From a virus (lineage: Duplodnaviria > Caudoviricetes): a stretch of 39,675 bases of DNA. How positions within the stretch are numbered: position 1 is the stretch's first letter; each line of letters opens with the position of its first letter. Under the pieces are notes generated by a model. The model was given only the letters and a program-made list of their open reading frames with translations, ran no database searches and was not told where the DNA came from. Of the stretch, positions 1 through 8,948 are shown in pieces. The position numbers and the translations under genes are program-made. The DNA lies in IMG/VR virus record IMGVR_UViG_3300009678_000097, positions 1-39,675 of that record; one strand, 5' to 3'.

Positions 1-22
1 TATTTAGCAGAACAAAAGCAAC

Positions 23-538
23 ATGACATTAAACCAGACAATAAAGAGGCTGCAGGACATTGTGGTGGAGCACGGGCAGATAAATAGCTACTACTTTGGG
101 GAGCTGTCTAATTGGTCTAGCTTTCCTAACCTAGTCTACCCCTCTTGCCTTATTACGCTAAATGATGCCACTATAACAACTCCACGCACGGAGCTGAATT
201 TTTCCATGTGGGTAACAGATAGGCTAACCTTTGACAATACCAATAGTAATGAGGTAATGAGCGACACCCTGCAAGTAATGAATGATTTACTAGCAGCTAT
301 AGACGACACGGCAATAAACTGGCTTCCCAATTTTGAGGGCAAGCCTGTAGTGTTTTTTGAGGACAGCAGGAATAACGACAATGCAGACGTAGTAGGCGGG
401 GTAAAGATTGACTTTACCATAGGCATAAACACCCCTAAAGATAGGTGTGCAATGCCCACAAGGACACGAAACTATATTATAACAGAAACAGGCTTAGTCA
501 TAATAGGCGAGGCAGGAATAGGATTAATACCAGAGTAA
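23..538 (+). CDS. Putative tail terminator / tail completion protein
   Basis: 171 aa; size, YP-containing N-half and position (after the adaptor across the window join, before the fibre) fit neck/tail-completion proteins. Confidence 0.55.
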   Translation: MTLNQTIKRLQDIVVEHGQINSYYFGELSNWSSFPNLVYPSCLITLNDATITTPRTELNFSMWVTDRLTFDNTNSNEVMSDTLQVMNDLLAAIDDTAINWLPNFEGKPVVFFEDSRNNDNADVVGGVKIDFTIGINTPKDRCAMPTRTRNYIITETGLVIIGEAGIGLIPE

Positions 539-540
539 CT

Positions 541-3294
541 ATGGCAGGGTTAAAAATATCGGCAATGACTCCCCACGTGGGAGCATTCACAGAGGGAGAC
601 ATACCAGCAGTAATAGCTGGTAATAATAAAAAAGTATCCCTTCAGCAAATAAAGGACAGTATACCCCTCCCCTCATTGGAGAGTTTAGGGGCTGTAGGCA
701 TTGCAGGAGCACAAACTATAACAGGTGCAAAGACTTTTGAGGGTGGGCTTATAGTAGGCTCTACAGAGCTTACAGAGGCTGGCATTATCAACAAGGACAT
801 GAGCATGACCACAGGCCTGTACGAGTTTGGCGGCATATCTGTTACCTCAGGCACTACCTTTAGCGTAGGGGCTGTAAAGGGCTACGTGATAGACAATACA
901 GACGTAACTAACCCTGTGCCTATCTACGTAGAATATGCAGGAGCTACAGGGCTAACAACTCCCTATATTGCGTCTTCGTTTGCTACGTACATTTCTTTAG
1001 ACGAAGATGGGTTGTTGGTAATGTCATCGTCAGAACCCGAACCGGATTTTTATAGGAGCCATATTTTACTAGGTGTAATCGGACACCCTTCAGGCACATT
1101 AACCGGTGCAGGTAATAAACCTGACGTAATTATTGGCGGCATGGATCAGGTTAGGGATATGTTCAGGCCTATTCGCTTTATCAATGACGGTGTAGTATGT
1201 TACGGGAACGGTAGTGACTTAGCCCTTGCAAACACCACAGGTAAACTGTATGGATTAGGTATAGGCTTTGTGGCTAACGGTAAAGACAATCCATCCAGTA
1301 TTACCATTGCAGCAGGTGCACCTACTACTTTTCAGTACAGGACGCAGCTAGGTGGTAGCTTTTCAAATACTACATTAATTATTCCCTCCAGCTATGACAA
1401 TGCAGGCACGGTTACAGCAGTAGGTGGTGGTGCAAACAGCTCCACAAACCAGAGGATTTACTTACTCCAAAACGGTATGATTCGGATACAGTTCGGACAG
1501 TTTGTTTACAGCACATTAACGGACGCAATAGCTGCTGCACAATCTGAGGCGTTTGTGGTAAACCCTAACACTAGGCTAGGTGTACTCATCGGAATTTTAT
1601 CTATAACTAAAGGCTGTACTAACCTATCCAGCACAAGCACTGCAAGGTTCTTAGCTGTCTCCAAATTTGGGGAGAGTGTAGGTGCAGCAGCAGGTATAGC
1701 CATAGGCACACTCCAAAGCTCTTACGACAATAGCGTAATTCCAAACATACTTACTAACTCCACGCTAGGTGCTTTCTCTGTACGCAGGGGCAGCGCAGCA
1801 GACACGGACAAGGTACTGGACATTCTTAACGGGGCTGGTAGTTCTGTGTTTAGTGTAACGGGCGCAGGTAATGTAGCCAGCGCAAACCTTTTTACACAGG
1901 GCGGCAACGCTTTCGGAACAACGGCAACAATAGGCACGAATGAGGCACAGGAATTGGCTTTGGAAACGAATAACGTGGCGAGGGTGAGGATTGATGCAAA
2001 TGGGAATATGGCAATAGGAGGCGCACCCTCTACTAACAGGACATTATTAATCACAAAAACTCTTACAGGGACAACAACAGGCATTGATAATACATTAAAC
2101 TCAACCATAGCCTCAGACGTAACAGGTGTGAGGTATGGAGTTTTCTCACAAGGCAACACACAGGCAGCAGCTTTTACATTGCCTGACAATATACATTTTA
2201 CAGCAGAGGGTGCAGTAATAGGGGCAGGGTCAGCAATAACAAACCAAATAGGTTTCAAGGCTGGCAGCAGCTTAACAACAGCGTCAAACAATTATGGCTT
2301 TCGTGGTTTGATTTCAGCAGGAGCAGGGAGGTGGAATCTTTACATGGATGGAGATGCCAGCAACCACCTTGCAGGAGCTTTGTCAATCGGCAGCACAACT
2401 ATTCCGGCAAGTGTCTTGCTGCAAGTAGCCAGCACCACAAAGGGCAGCATTCCTGCACCTGTAATGACAACCACGCAGAGGGATGCAATAGGCTCACCTG
2501 TGGCTGGCTTAATGGTGTACAACAGCGTAACGCTTTCCCCGAACTACCACAACGGCACAACATGGGTGGACTTAGGCGCAGGCGGCTTTATCCAAAACAC
2601 CACAGTAGCTCAGACCGGAAGTTTTAATGTAACAGGCACGGGCAGGGTAGCTACCTCAATGCAGATAGCAACCACCACAGCACCCTCAGGCGCAGAAAAA
2701 TTAATGCTCGGTGGAGATATAAACTTTACAGCCACCAACCCTAAGATTATTGGACTTAGCAAGCACTTGCAACTAGAATTACTTTCTTCCTCAGGACGTT
2801 TCACTTGTACAACGGCTGGCACGGTGGGCATGTACCTCAACCACCAGAGGGGTGACTGTGATTTAGTGAACATACGCACCAGCACACAAGAGACAGGTGG
2901 AAACCGTATTTCCTTTATCCATAAAGAAACCTCCCTTTCTACGGAGACCTTTGGCGGCAATGTAGGCTATATGTTTGGGGTGAATACCTCAATATCTACG
3001 TCTTCCGTGGGCAAGATGGACGCAACCAAAGCCAGCTACCAAGACCTCTACCCTCTAGTACTGGCAGCAGGTAGTATAAAGAAGTGGACAAAGATAGAGG
3101 GCACGGACGTGTGGAAAGAGTATGGCACAAAGACTGAGCTTTACCCAACCACCTCAGCAAGCACGGTGCAGATAGGTTCTGCTACTATCATAATGTCAAA
3201 CCTGCCAACATACGCAGATAACACAGCAGCAGCAGCCTTAGCAGCAGGCACAGTATACAAGACAGCCACAGGGCAACTAATGATTAAATATTAA
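541..3294 (+). CDS. Tail fibre / receptor-binding protein
   Basis: G/T/S/A-rich mosaic protein with motifs AQTITGAKTF, LLQVASTTKG..PVMTTTQRDAI..GLMVYN and LPTYADN. ATG at 541 directly follows the upstream stop and is preferred over 445. Confidence 0.8.
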   Translation: MAGLKISAMTPHVGAFTEGDIPAVIAGNNKKVSLQQIKDSIPLPSLESLGAVGIAGAQTITGAKTFEGGLIVGSTELTEAGIINKDMSMTTGLYEFGGISVTSGTTFSVGAVKGYVIDNTDVTNPVPIYVEYAGATGLTTPYIASSFATYISLDEDGLLVMSSSEPEPDFYRSHILLGVIGHPSGTLTGAGNKPDVIIGGMDQVRDMFRPIRFINDGVVCYGNGSDLALANTTGKLYGLGIGFVANGKDNPSSITIAAGAPTTFQYRTQLGGSFSNTTLIIPSSYDNAGTVTAVGGGANSSTNQRIYLLQNGMIRIQFGQFVYSTLTDAIAAAQSEAFVVNPNTRLGVLIGILSITKGCTNLSSTSTARFLAVSKFGESVGAAAGIAIGTLQSSYDNSVIPNILTNSTLGAFSVRRGSAADTDKVLDILNGAGSSVFSVTGAGNVASANLFTQGGNAFGTTATIGTNEAQELALETNNVARVRIDANGNMAIGGAPSTNRTLLITKTLTGTTTGIDNTLNSTIASDVTGVRYGVFSQGNTQAAAFTLPDNIHFTAEGAVIGAGSAITNQIGFKAGSSLTTASNNYGFRGLISAGAGRWNLYMDGDASNHLAGALSIGSTTIPASVLLQVASTTKGSIPAPVMTTTQRDAIGSPVAGLMVYNSVTLSPNYHNGTTWVDLGAGGFIQNTTVAQTGSFNVTGTGRVATSMQIATTTAPSGAEKLMLGGDINFTATNPKIIGLSKHLQLELLSSSGRFTCTTAGTVGMYLNHQRGDCDLVNIRTSTQETGGNRISFIHKETSLSTETFGGNVGYMFGVNTSISTSSVGKMDATKASYQDLYPLVLAAGSIKKWTKIEGTDVWKEYGTKTELYPTTSASTVQIGSATIIMSNLPTYADNTAAAALAAGTVYKTATGQLMIKY

Positions 3295-3306
3295 TACCAA
3301 TAACCT

Positions 3307-3684
3307 ATGAACATTGAACTAGTATTAGCCCCCATGTTTGGGGTAAATAGAAAGGCCATCTTCGAATGCCTTATCTACAACCAGAGAAGCAAGACAGTAA
3401 CTACACAATGGGGTATCTATCCCACCACAGCAGAGGGGCAAATTATTACCTCCGCTATGTTTAGGACAGCCACAAAGGAGCTTATTGCAGACGAGAGCAC
3501 AATGGTAAACCCTGCCACAGGAGACTACGTGGTAGCAGACGCAGATGGCAACTACCCTGAGGGCAGCATTACAGAGTATGCCTACTTTGTCTATGTGGCA
3601 GAGAACGTGCCTGTAAAAGTGCATGAGTTAATACTGGCAGCAGGACAGAAAGCCGTGGCAGCAGGACGCTTTGATGCTATCTAG
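3307..3684 (+). CDS. Hypothetical protein (possible fibre-associated protein)
   Basis: 125 aa ORF directly downstream of the fibre gene. Confidence 0.6.
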   Translation: MNIELVLAPMFGVNRKAIFECLIYNQRSKTVTTQWGIYPTTAEGQIITSAMFRTATKELIADESTMVNPATGDYVVADADGNYPEGSITEYAYFVYVAENVPVKVHELILAAGQKAVAAGRFDAI

Positions 3685-4129
3685 TATGATTATCACACTA
3701 GAGACTATTAAAGAGCTAGCACAGCGCAGGGAGGTGTACACAGACACTCCCTGCTTTGAGCATAGAGGCATACGCATACTTACGCAGGACGTAAGGTTTT
3801 TAACCAGCACAGGGCAGGAGGTGCACATTAGAAAGGGCTTTGAGTGGGACGAGGCTAGCGTACCCTATGGACTACGTGCTATCTTCCCCAAGAGCGGCAA
3901 ATACGCTTTTTCAGCCCTTTTGCATGACGCTCTATACTACATGACACAAGGCACGCAGGAGCAGGCAGACTACGAGTTTTACCTGTGGATGCTGGCAACT
4001 ATTAACCCACAGCAGGCATGGTTTAGGTATAAAGCTGTGCAGCTATTTGGCTGGACGTACTGGAACAAGAATTTAAAAAAACCCTCCACAAGGTGCAGAC
4101 TGAACAGGAGACTAATAACAATCCTATGA
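3671..4129 (+). CDS. DUF1353-family protein
   Basis: GFEWDEASVP ... ALLHDALY ... AD.EF pattern. Confidence 0.8.
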   Translation: MMLSSMIITLETIKELAQRREVYTDTPCFEHRGIRILTQDVRFLTSTGQEVHIRKGFEWDEASVPYGLRAIFPKSGKYAFSALLHDALYYMTQGTQEQADYEFYLWMLATINPQQAWFRYKAVQLFGWTYWNKNLKKPSTRCRLNRRLITIL

Positions 4130-4596
4130 AACTCTTTTTTATTGCACCCATACTATTTATTAAACTAAAGTTCTTTCCTGACCATGACCTGCTTGTGTGG
4201 ATGGGCATAGCTATTATGCTAGATTTTCTTACAGGTGTGGCCAAGGCTGTGGTACTAAAGAAAGCACGTACAAGCTCAGGCTTTAGGATGACCATTATAA
4301 AGTTTATGCAGTATGCAGGCTCATTAGCAGCAGGCATAATAATAAGCAACGCAGCTAAAGATAACGGCTTTGTAGACGTGGGCAAGCTGGCTGGCTACTT
4401 TAACGAGGGGCTTATAGTATTCATTATCTACATAGAGGTGACTAGCGTATTTGAGAACCTGTACGCAGTAGACAATACCAGCGCATTTGCACGGTTTTTT
4501 ATAAACCCTATTTATAGGATATTAACGGTGCAGTTAGGAAAGCTAAGTAGAGTAGCAGACGCAGCAGAAGCAGAAACTAAAAAAACACAAATATGA
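4126..4596 (+). CDS. Phage holin (holin_4-like)
   Basis: LDFLTGVAKA..SSGF..K..E..S.FENL pattern, several hydrophobic segments, ATGA overlap with the previous stop. Confidence 0.8.
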   Translation: MKLFFIAPILFIKLKFFPDHDLLVWMGIAIMLDFLTGVAKAVVLKKARTSSGFRMTIIKFMQYAGSLAAGIIISNAAKDNGFVDVGKLAGYFNEGLIVFIIYIEVTSVFENLYAVDNTSAFARFFINPIYRILTVQLGKLSRVADAAEAETKKTQI

Positions 4597-4922
4597 AGTT
4601 TAAACCATGGGCAAAAGATGCCACCACAGGAGAGAAAATTACCAACACAGCTATACTGCTTTTTGTAGTAGGCCTGTATATGTTTATGCAGCTATCTGCA
4701 TGGCAGGTATTTGAGAACCTCTACAGCAAAGAGTGTGCGTTAGCTCCAGTATTTTTCCACGCATTAGGCGGGGTGCTGAGTATCTTATCTATTACCGGTA
4801 TCTACCTTATGATTAAGGACAAGATAGGCAGAACCTCCACGGGCGCAGGAATGGCAGCAGTAGGTGTGCTTACAGCTTTAACCTTTTTGAGCTACGCAGG
4901 TTTTTATGCTTACGGTTATTAG
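4593..4922 (+). CDS. Membrane protein (3 predicted TM), lysis region
   Basis: Three hydrophobic stretches; ATGA coupling to the holin. Confidence 0.65.
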   Translation: MKFKPWAKDATTGEKITNTAILLFVVGLYMFMQLSAWQVFENLYSKECALAPVFFHALGGVLSILSITGIYLMIKDKIGRTSTGAGMAAVGVLTALTFLSYAGFYAYGY

Positions 4923-5325
4923 TATGTTAATCCTATTACAAATACTCTCCCTTTTGTTTGCAGTAGCCTGTGGGGTACATGACGTAGTGCCGGTGCTAAA
5001 GATGATACGGTACGGAGCTAGCCCTAAAGAGGCTTTAATGTTTCACCGTAGTGGGTTTATGGCTAGAGGGCTATTTGCGGCAGGGGTGAGTATTTGTAAC
5101 GGGGTATCCTATGAGACCCTATTTTTAGCCCTTTCTATGGGTTTTATTATGTGGGCAGGCTTTGACATATCCCTAGGCTGGATAGTGAAAGGAAAGGCCT
5201 TTTATGTAGGCCAGACAGCAAGCCTAGACAAATGGCTAAGAAGGTGGGGAAGGTATGCAGGGCAGATAAAGGCTGGCTTTTGTTTGCTGGCAGTAGGCAT
5301 ACTTAACTGGCTAATTTTTAGATAA
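4906..5325 (+). CDS. Membrane protein, lysis region
   Basis: Multiple hydrophobic stretches; overlaps the previous gene. Confidence 0.6.
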   Translation: MLTVISMLILLQILSLLFAVACGVHDVVPVLKMIRYGASPKEALMFHRSGFMARGLFAAGVSICNGVSYETLFLALSMGFIMWAGFDISLGWIVKGKAFYVGQTASLDKWLRRWGRYAGQIKAGFCLLAVGILNWLIFR

Positions 5326-5356
5326 AAAAAAAGAGAGGCTTTACCAGAGCCTCCCC
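5324..5356 (-). terminator. Intrinsic terminator on the minus strand
   Basis: Minus strand reads GGGGAGGCT-CTGGTAA-AGCCTCTC followed by a T-run. Confidence 0.6.
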
Positions 5357-5490
5357 GTAGATGAAACTTAACCAAGTTTCTAACCGTGACTACAAACCTA
5401 TGACAGAATATTCACTTATGCAAGTTTATACACAAAGTAATTTAAAAGCCTTTGAATATAATACAAGCACACACACAACCGTACCAACAC

Positions 5491-6015
5491 ATGAAACGTA
5501 TACCCACAGCAGCTTTGCTCATATTATTCTTAGCTTCATGTACCACTACAAAGAAGCTACTGAATAAACAAAATAAAGTTATCCACACTACTGAACAAGT
5601 AGCCAAAGTGGACAGCTCCAGCTTAAAAAAAAAAGACAGTTCCACGCAGTTAAGTGCCGTTATCACAACCACCCAAAAGGAGGCACACTATGACACGGAG
5701 ACCACTACAACCAAGTATGACACCACAGGCAAGGTAACTGAGGTGAAGGTGGTAAAAGCTAAGGTAAACAAGAAAGCTAAGACGGACACCAAGGCAGCAG
5801 CCATAGTCACCACAGCCCACCACAGCGAAACTAAAGCCCATACAGACAGCACAGCAAGCAAGCAGACAAGTAGCACGGAGAAGACTAAAGACGTGAATAT
5901 AAGCAAGCCTAACCTCTACACAGGGTTTATAACTGGCTTTATACTCCTCCTCCTCCTTATTGTGCTTGTAAGGTATTTGATTAAAAAAGTACTCCCTAAA
6001 TTTTACCCTTTCTGA
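5491..6015 (+). CDS. Lipoprotein, candidate unimolecular spanin
   Basis: MKR + hydrophobic core + lipobox LASC, T/K-rich middle and C-terminal TM helix; located between holin and endolysin. Confidence 0.7.
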   Translation: MKRIPTAALLILFLASCTTTKKLLNKQNKVIHTTEQVAKVDSSSLKKKDSSTQLSAVITTTQKEAHYDTETTTTKYDTTGKVTEVKVVKAKVNKKAKTDTKAAAIVTTAHHSETKAHTDSTASKQTSSTEKTKDVNISKPNLYTGFITGFILLLLLIVLVRYLIKKVLPKFYPF

Positions 6016-6017
6016 AT

Positions 6018-6473
6018 ATGAGAGCCATAACCCATGTGACTGTGCATTGCAGTGCAACTCCACAGACTACAACCATAGCCTCCATGCAGAGCTACTGGAA
6101 AAATATACTAGGCTGGAAAAACGCAGGCTACCACTACATAGTAAAGCCCAATGGAGATATTGAAAGGCTTACACCTGAGAGCATACCTAGCAACGGAGTG
6201 AAGGGACATAATGCCACGGGCATACACGTCTCTTATATCGGAGGCATAGACAAGGCAGGCAACGCAGTAGATAACCGTACACCAGAGCAAAAGGCAAGCC
6301 TACTAAAGCTACTCAGGGAGCTTGTGGACAGATACCCTAATGTGAAAATACTAGGGCACAGAGATTGGTCTCCAGATAAAAACCATGACGGAAAGATAAC
6401 CGTACACGAATGGCTAAAGAGCTGCCCATGCTTTGACGCTATACCAGAGTACAAACACTTAACTAAAGCATGA
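6018..6473 (+). CDS. Endolysin, N-acetylmuramoyl-L-alanine amidase (Amidase_2, T7 lysozyme-like)
   Basis: VHCSAT, GYHY, SYIGG, GHRD and KSCPCFD zinc-amidase motifs. Confidence 0.93.
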   Translation: MRAITHVTVHCSATPQTTTIASMQSYWKNILGWKNAGYHYIVKPNGDIERLTPESIPSNGVKGHNATGIHVSYIGGIDKAGNAVDNRTPEQKASLLKLLRELVDRYPNVKILGHRDWSPDKNHDGKITVHEWLKSCPCFDAIPEYKHLTKA

Positions 6474-7063
6474 AGGATATAAAGATACTACACCTAGACA
6501 TAGAGACAAGCTACAACCAAGGGAGTTTCTGGAGGGCTGGTTTTAAGCTCAATATAAACTACCAAGACATTAAGAAAGAGCGGGGCATTATCTGTATATG
6601 CTACAAGTGGCACGGACAAAAGAAGGTGCACAGCCTAGAGTGGAGCACTAACCAGAGTGACAAAAAGCTAGTAAAGGAGTTTATAAAAGTGATGGACGAG
6701 GCAGACGTAATAGTGGGGCATAATATAAACAGGTTTGACCTAAAACATATACGCACACGGGCACTATTCCACGGCCTGCCGATGAAACGTAAATATAACG
6801 TAATAGACACCCTTACACTAGCACGTAGCCTAGGCATGTTTAATAGTAACAAGCTGGACTACTTAGCACAGTACTTAGGGGTAGGCTGCAAGATAAAGAC
6901 GAGTATGGCATTGTGGGATAACATTATACTACATAAATGCCCTAAGGCTATGAGGGCTATGGTGAAGTACTGCAAGCAGGACGTAGTAGTACTAGAGGCT
7001 GTGTTTACAAAGTTTCTCCCCTACATACCAGAGAATAAGTTTAAAAAGAAAGTGAAAATATGA
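6470..7063 (+). CDS. DEDD / RNase H-like 3'-5' exonuclease domain protein
   Basis: LDIET (ExoI), GHNINRFD (ExoII) and YCKQDV (ExoIII). Confidence 0.85.
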   Translation: MKDIKILHLDIETSYNQGSFWRAGFKLNINYQDIKKERGIICICYKWHGQKKVHSLEWSTNQSDKKLVKEFIKVMDEADVIVGHNINRFDLKHIRTRALFHGLPMKRKYNVIDTLTLARSLGMFNSNKLDYLAQYLGVGCKIKTSMALWDNIILHKCPKAMRAMVKYCKQDVVVLEAVFTKFLPYIPENKFKKKVKI

Positions 7064-7347
7064 TTATAAAAAGTAAAGTAGTTACAGCCGTGCTGGAAGA
7101 CATAGCAGGCAGGGAGCAGGCAGGGTTAAGAAAGTATGGCACTACCGTGGACAGGCAAGACCTCTCCCCACAGGAGTGGAGGCAGCACATGTACGAGGAG
7201 CTACTGGACGCAGCCGTGTACTGCAAAAAGCAGATAATGGCAGAGCAACCCCTGAGGACATTAACCCCACACGAACTAATTGAAATGAAAGAGCAATACC
7301 TTAAAAAAATACAAGCCATAGATTATGAGTTTAGAACAAGAGGATAA
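7060..7347 (+). CDS. Small helical phage protein, possibly MazG/all-alpha NTP-pyrophosphatase-like
   Basis: G..KYGTT.DR.DL..W..H..EELLDAAVY; EExxD acidic helix. Confidence 0.5.
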   Translation: MIIKSKVVTAVLEDIAGREQAGLRKYGTTVDRQDLSPQEWRQHMYEELLDAAVYCKKQIMAEQPLRTLTPHELIEMKEQYLKKIQAIDYEFRTRG

Positions 7348-7567
7348 GACCCCTGAGGACAGCCTTAGTGCCTTTAGTGACTTAGATTTTATGGCACAGG
7401 AGATAGGTATAGCTAGCAATGCCCTAGCCCTTGCGGAGAGTGTGAAAGAGTATTCATGGAGAATAGGGGTATCACAGGAACGCATAGACGCTGTAATGGT
7501 GCAGGCTTTTGACGTGGTAGAGTATAACCTGCAGAAACTCCACAGCACCCTGCCAGCCTCAGAATAG
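7325..7567 (+). CDS. Hypothetical protein
   Basis: 80 aa ORF overlapping the previous gene and ending just before a terminator. Confidence 0.6.
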   Translation: MSLEQEDKTPEDSLSAFSDLDFMAQEIGIASNALALAESVKEYSWRIGVSQERIDAVMVQAFDVVEYNLQKLHSTLPASE

Positions 7568-7588
7568 TTTTAAAAAAGTTTACAAGTT

Positions 7589-7613
7589 AAGCCTCTGACA
7601 TTCAGGGGCTTTT
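7589..7613 (+). terminator. Intrinsic terminator
   Basis: AAGCCTCTGA-CAT-TCAGGGGCTT followed by Ts. Confidence 0.7.
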
Positions 7614-7634
7614 CTGTGTGTATGAAAATAATTT

Positions 7635-7708
7635 AAAAATAGTTTGCAAAATGTTTGGCTGTGTAAACTCGTTTGTACTATATTTGCAATACACAAACAC
7701 ACAAACAC
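7635..7708 (+). promoter_or_regulatory. Repeated host-sigma promoter cassette, copy A
   Basis: AAAATAGTTTGCAAAATGTTTGG ... TATATTTGCAATAC + CA-rich leader; matches the Bacteroidota -33 TTTG / -7 TAnnTTTG consensus. Confidence 0.85.
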
Positions 7709-7972
7709 ATGACTACCTCAATTTTAACCTTTGGCAAATTTAACGGCAAACGATTTTGCGACACCCCAACATGGTATCAAGAGTGGGCAAAAAAGCAAGC
7801 CGGATTCATGGCTAGGCTTTCTGGAGAGCCAAAGCCTCCAAAACGTCCAGCCTACCTAGACGGGCATAGCCGTAAAAGCCAAGCCTTTGAAAGCGCACAG
7901 TTTGAATATGAAATGGCTATGGCAGATAAGTATGACCCCTCAGACAGGTACGGAATGTACTACGGAATTTAA
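7709..7972 (+). CDS. Small protein with FGK.G motif (DUF3820 / ExoX C-terminal-like)
   Basis: LTFGKFNGKRFCDTPTWYQEW; ATG at the end of the promoter leader. Confidence 0.6.
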   Translation: MTTSILTFGKFNGKRFCDTPTWYQEWAKKQAGFMARLSGEPKPPKRPAYLDGHSRKSQAFESAQFEYEMAMADKYDPSDRYGMYYGI

Positions 7973-8012
7973 ACCACACGGGGAGCTAACTACTCCCCAC
8001 AAACATAAAAAA

Positions 8013-8330
8013 ATGATTTCTACCCCTTACAAAGAGTTTCACATAGTCAGCCGGTCAGCCGGTAGCCTCCACGTTATCTACAAAGCAGGCTCTCAGGTAT
8101 TCACCGCAAGACACCAAGAGTGTTACTGCATGGAGACAGCACAGGCTTTAATAGATGCCAGCCTAGCACAGAAAGAGGTGCAGGATAGAGCTAAGGCAGC
8201 ACACCAAATAGACCTATGGAAAGAGGAGGACTTTAGGACGGCTTGCGAGTTAGAGAATGGCGCATGGCTCAGGGACAGGGAGGAGCGCATGTGGGAGCAA
8301 AAGGAACTTATTGAAACTAATAAACTCTAA
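8013..8330 (+). CDS. Hypothetical protein
   Basis: ATG after a hairpin linker and A-rich leader; in frame with ORF 7887-8330. Confidence 0.6.
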   Translation: MISTPYKEFHIVSRSAGSLHVIYKAGSQVFTARHQECYCMETAQALIDASLAQKEVQDRAKAAHQIDLWKEEDFRTACELENGAWLRDREERMWEQKELIETNKL

Positions 8331-8334
8331 TAAA

Positions 8335-8643
8335 ATGAAAAGGACAGTATTGGTTATTAAAATTGACGGGGTAGAGCAGGAGGTAAAGACCTGCTACCTG
8401 CCCATAGGCTGTGTGCCCTACTACGCAGAGCTAAACTGTGGAGGCTTTGGCAGGCTGGTGCTGGATGAAGACCATGACCTTATAATAGCTAAAGACTACT
8501 CCACGTGCCCCACAAGGGTGGGGTGGTTTAACCTAGACGGCAGGTACTACTCAGGCAATGGCTTAATAGTACGGAATAAGGAAAGCAGGGAGGACGTAGG
8601 TATAGATATAGAAACTTTTAAACAACGTATAAAATTTATTTAA
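8335..8643 (+). CDS. Hypothetical protein (weak DUF3846-like)
   Basis: ATG 4 nt after the upstream stop; GNGLIV motif. Confidence 0.55.
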   Translation: MKRTVLVIKIDGVEQEVKTCYLPIGCVPYYAELNCGGFGRLVLDEDHDLIIAKDYSTCPTRVGWFNLDGRYYSGNGLIVRNKESREDVGIDIETFKQRIKFI

Positions 8644-8644
8644 C

Positions 8645-8932
8645 ATGGCAAGACGAGTATACAATCTCTGCACTACTTTGCACCTCATTGTGTGCAAGAA
8701 CGAACTTAACCAGATAGCCTCAGGAGAGCAGACAGAGGCTACACAGATAATGAGCAAGTACTGGCTAGACAAGCTCATAGACCGTAACGGATGGGCACGG
8801 CATAAAGAGGTGTGCTTTACCAATGGCACACAAAAGGATGCCCCAAAGGTGACTGTGGCACTAAAGCGCATACGCATGGACACCCCTAAAAGGGTAATGA
8901 TAATTGAACTAGGAAAAATACTTTCAAACTAA
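8645..8932 (+). CDS. ASCH-like domain protein (degenerate motif)
   Basis: LHL....IASGE....YW..L...V.FTNG..KDAP....IELGKIL pattern. Confidence 0.6.
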   Translation: MARRVYNLCTTLHLIVCKNELNQIASGEQTEATQIMSKYWLDKLIDRNGWARHKEVCFTNGTQKDAPKVTVALKRIRMDTPKRVMIIELGKILSN

Positions 8933-8948
8933 ATAAACCCCCATAGAT

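Noticed and set aside
445-540. Extended N-terminus of the fibre ORF from 445
   Set aside because: Overlaps the upstream gene by 94 nt; the ATG at 541 follows its stop directly
1506-2960. Minus-strand ORFs inside the fibre gene, and similar ones in the tape measure, capsid and portal genes
   Set aside because: Antisense shadows of real genes with no motifs, promoters or leaders
541-3294. Diversity-generating retroelement or invertible fibre cassette
   Set aside because: No reverse transcriptase, no template/variable repeat pair and no invertase noticed in the window
5361-5567. 68-aa + strand ORF
   Set aside because: Overlaps the lipoprotein start and has no recognisable features; the region is better explained as non-coding, though the ORF is not excluded
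5625-5634. A10 run in the spanin as a phase-variation site
   Set aside because: Encodes KKK in a K/T-rich region, with no meaningful alternative-frame product seen
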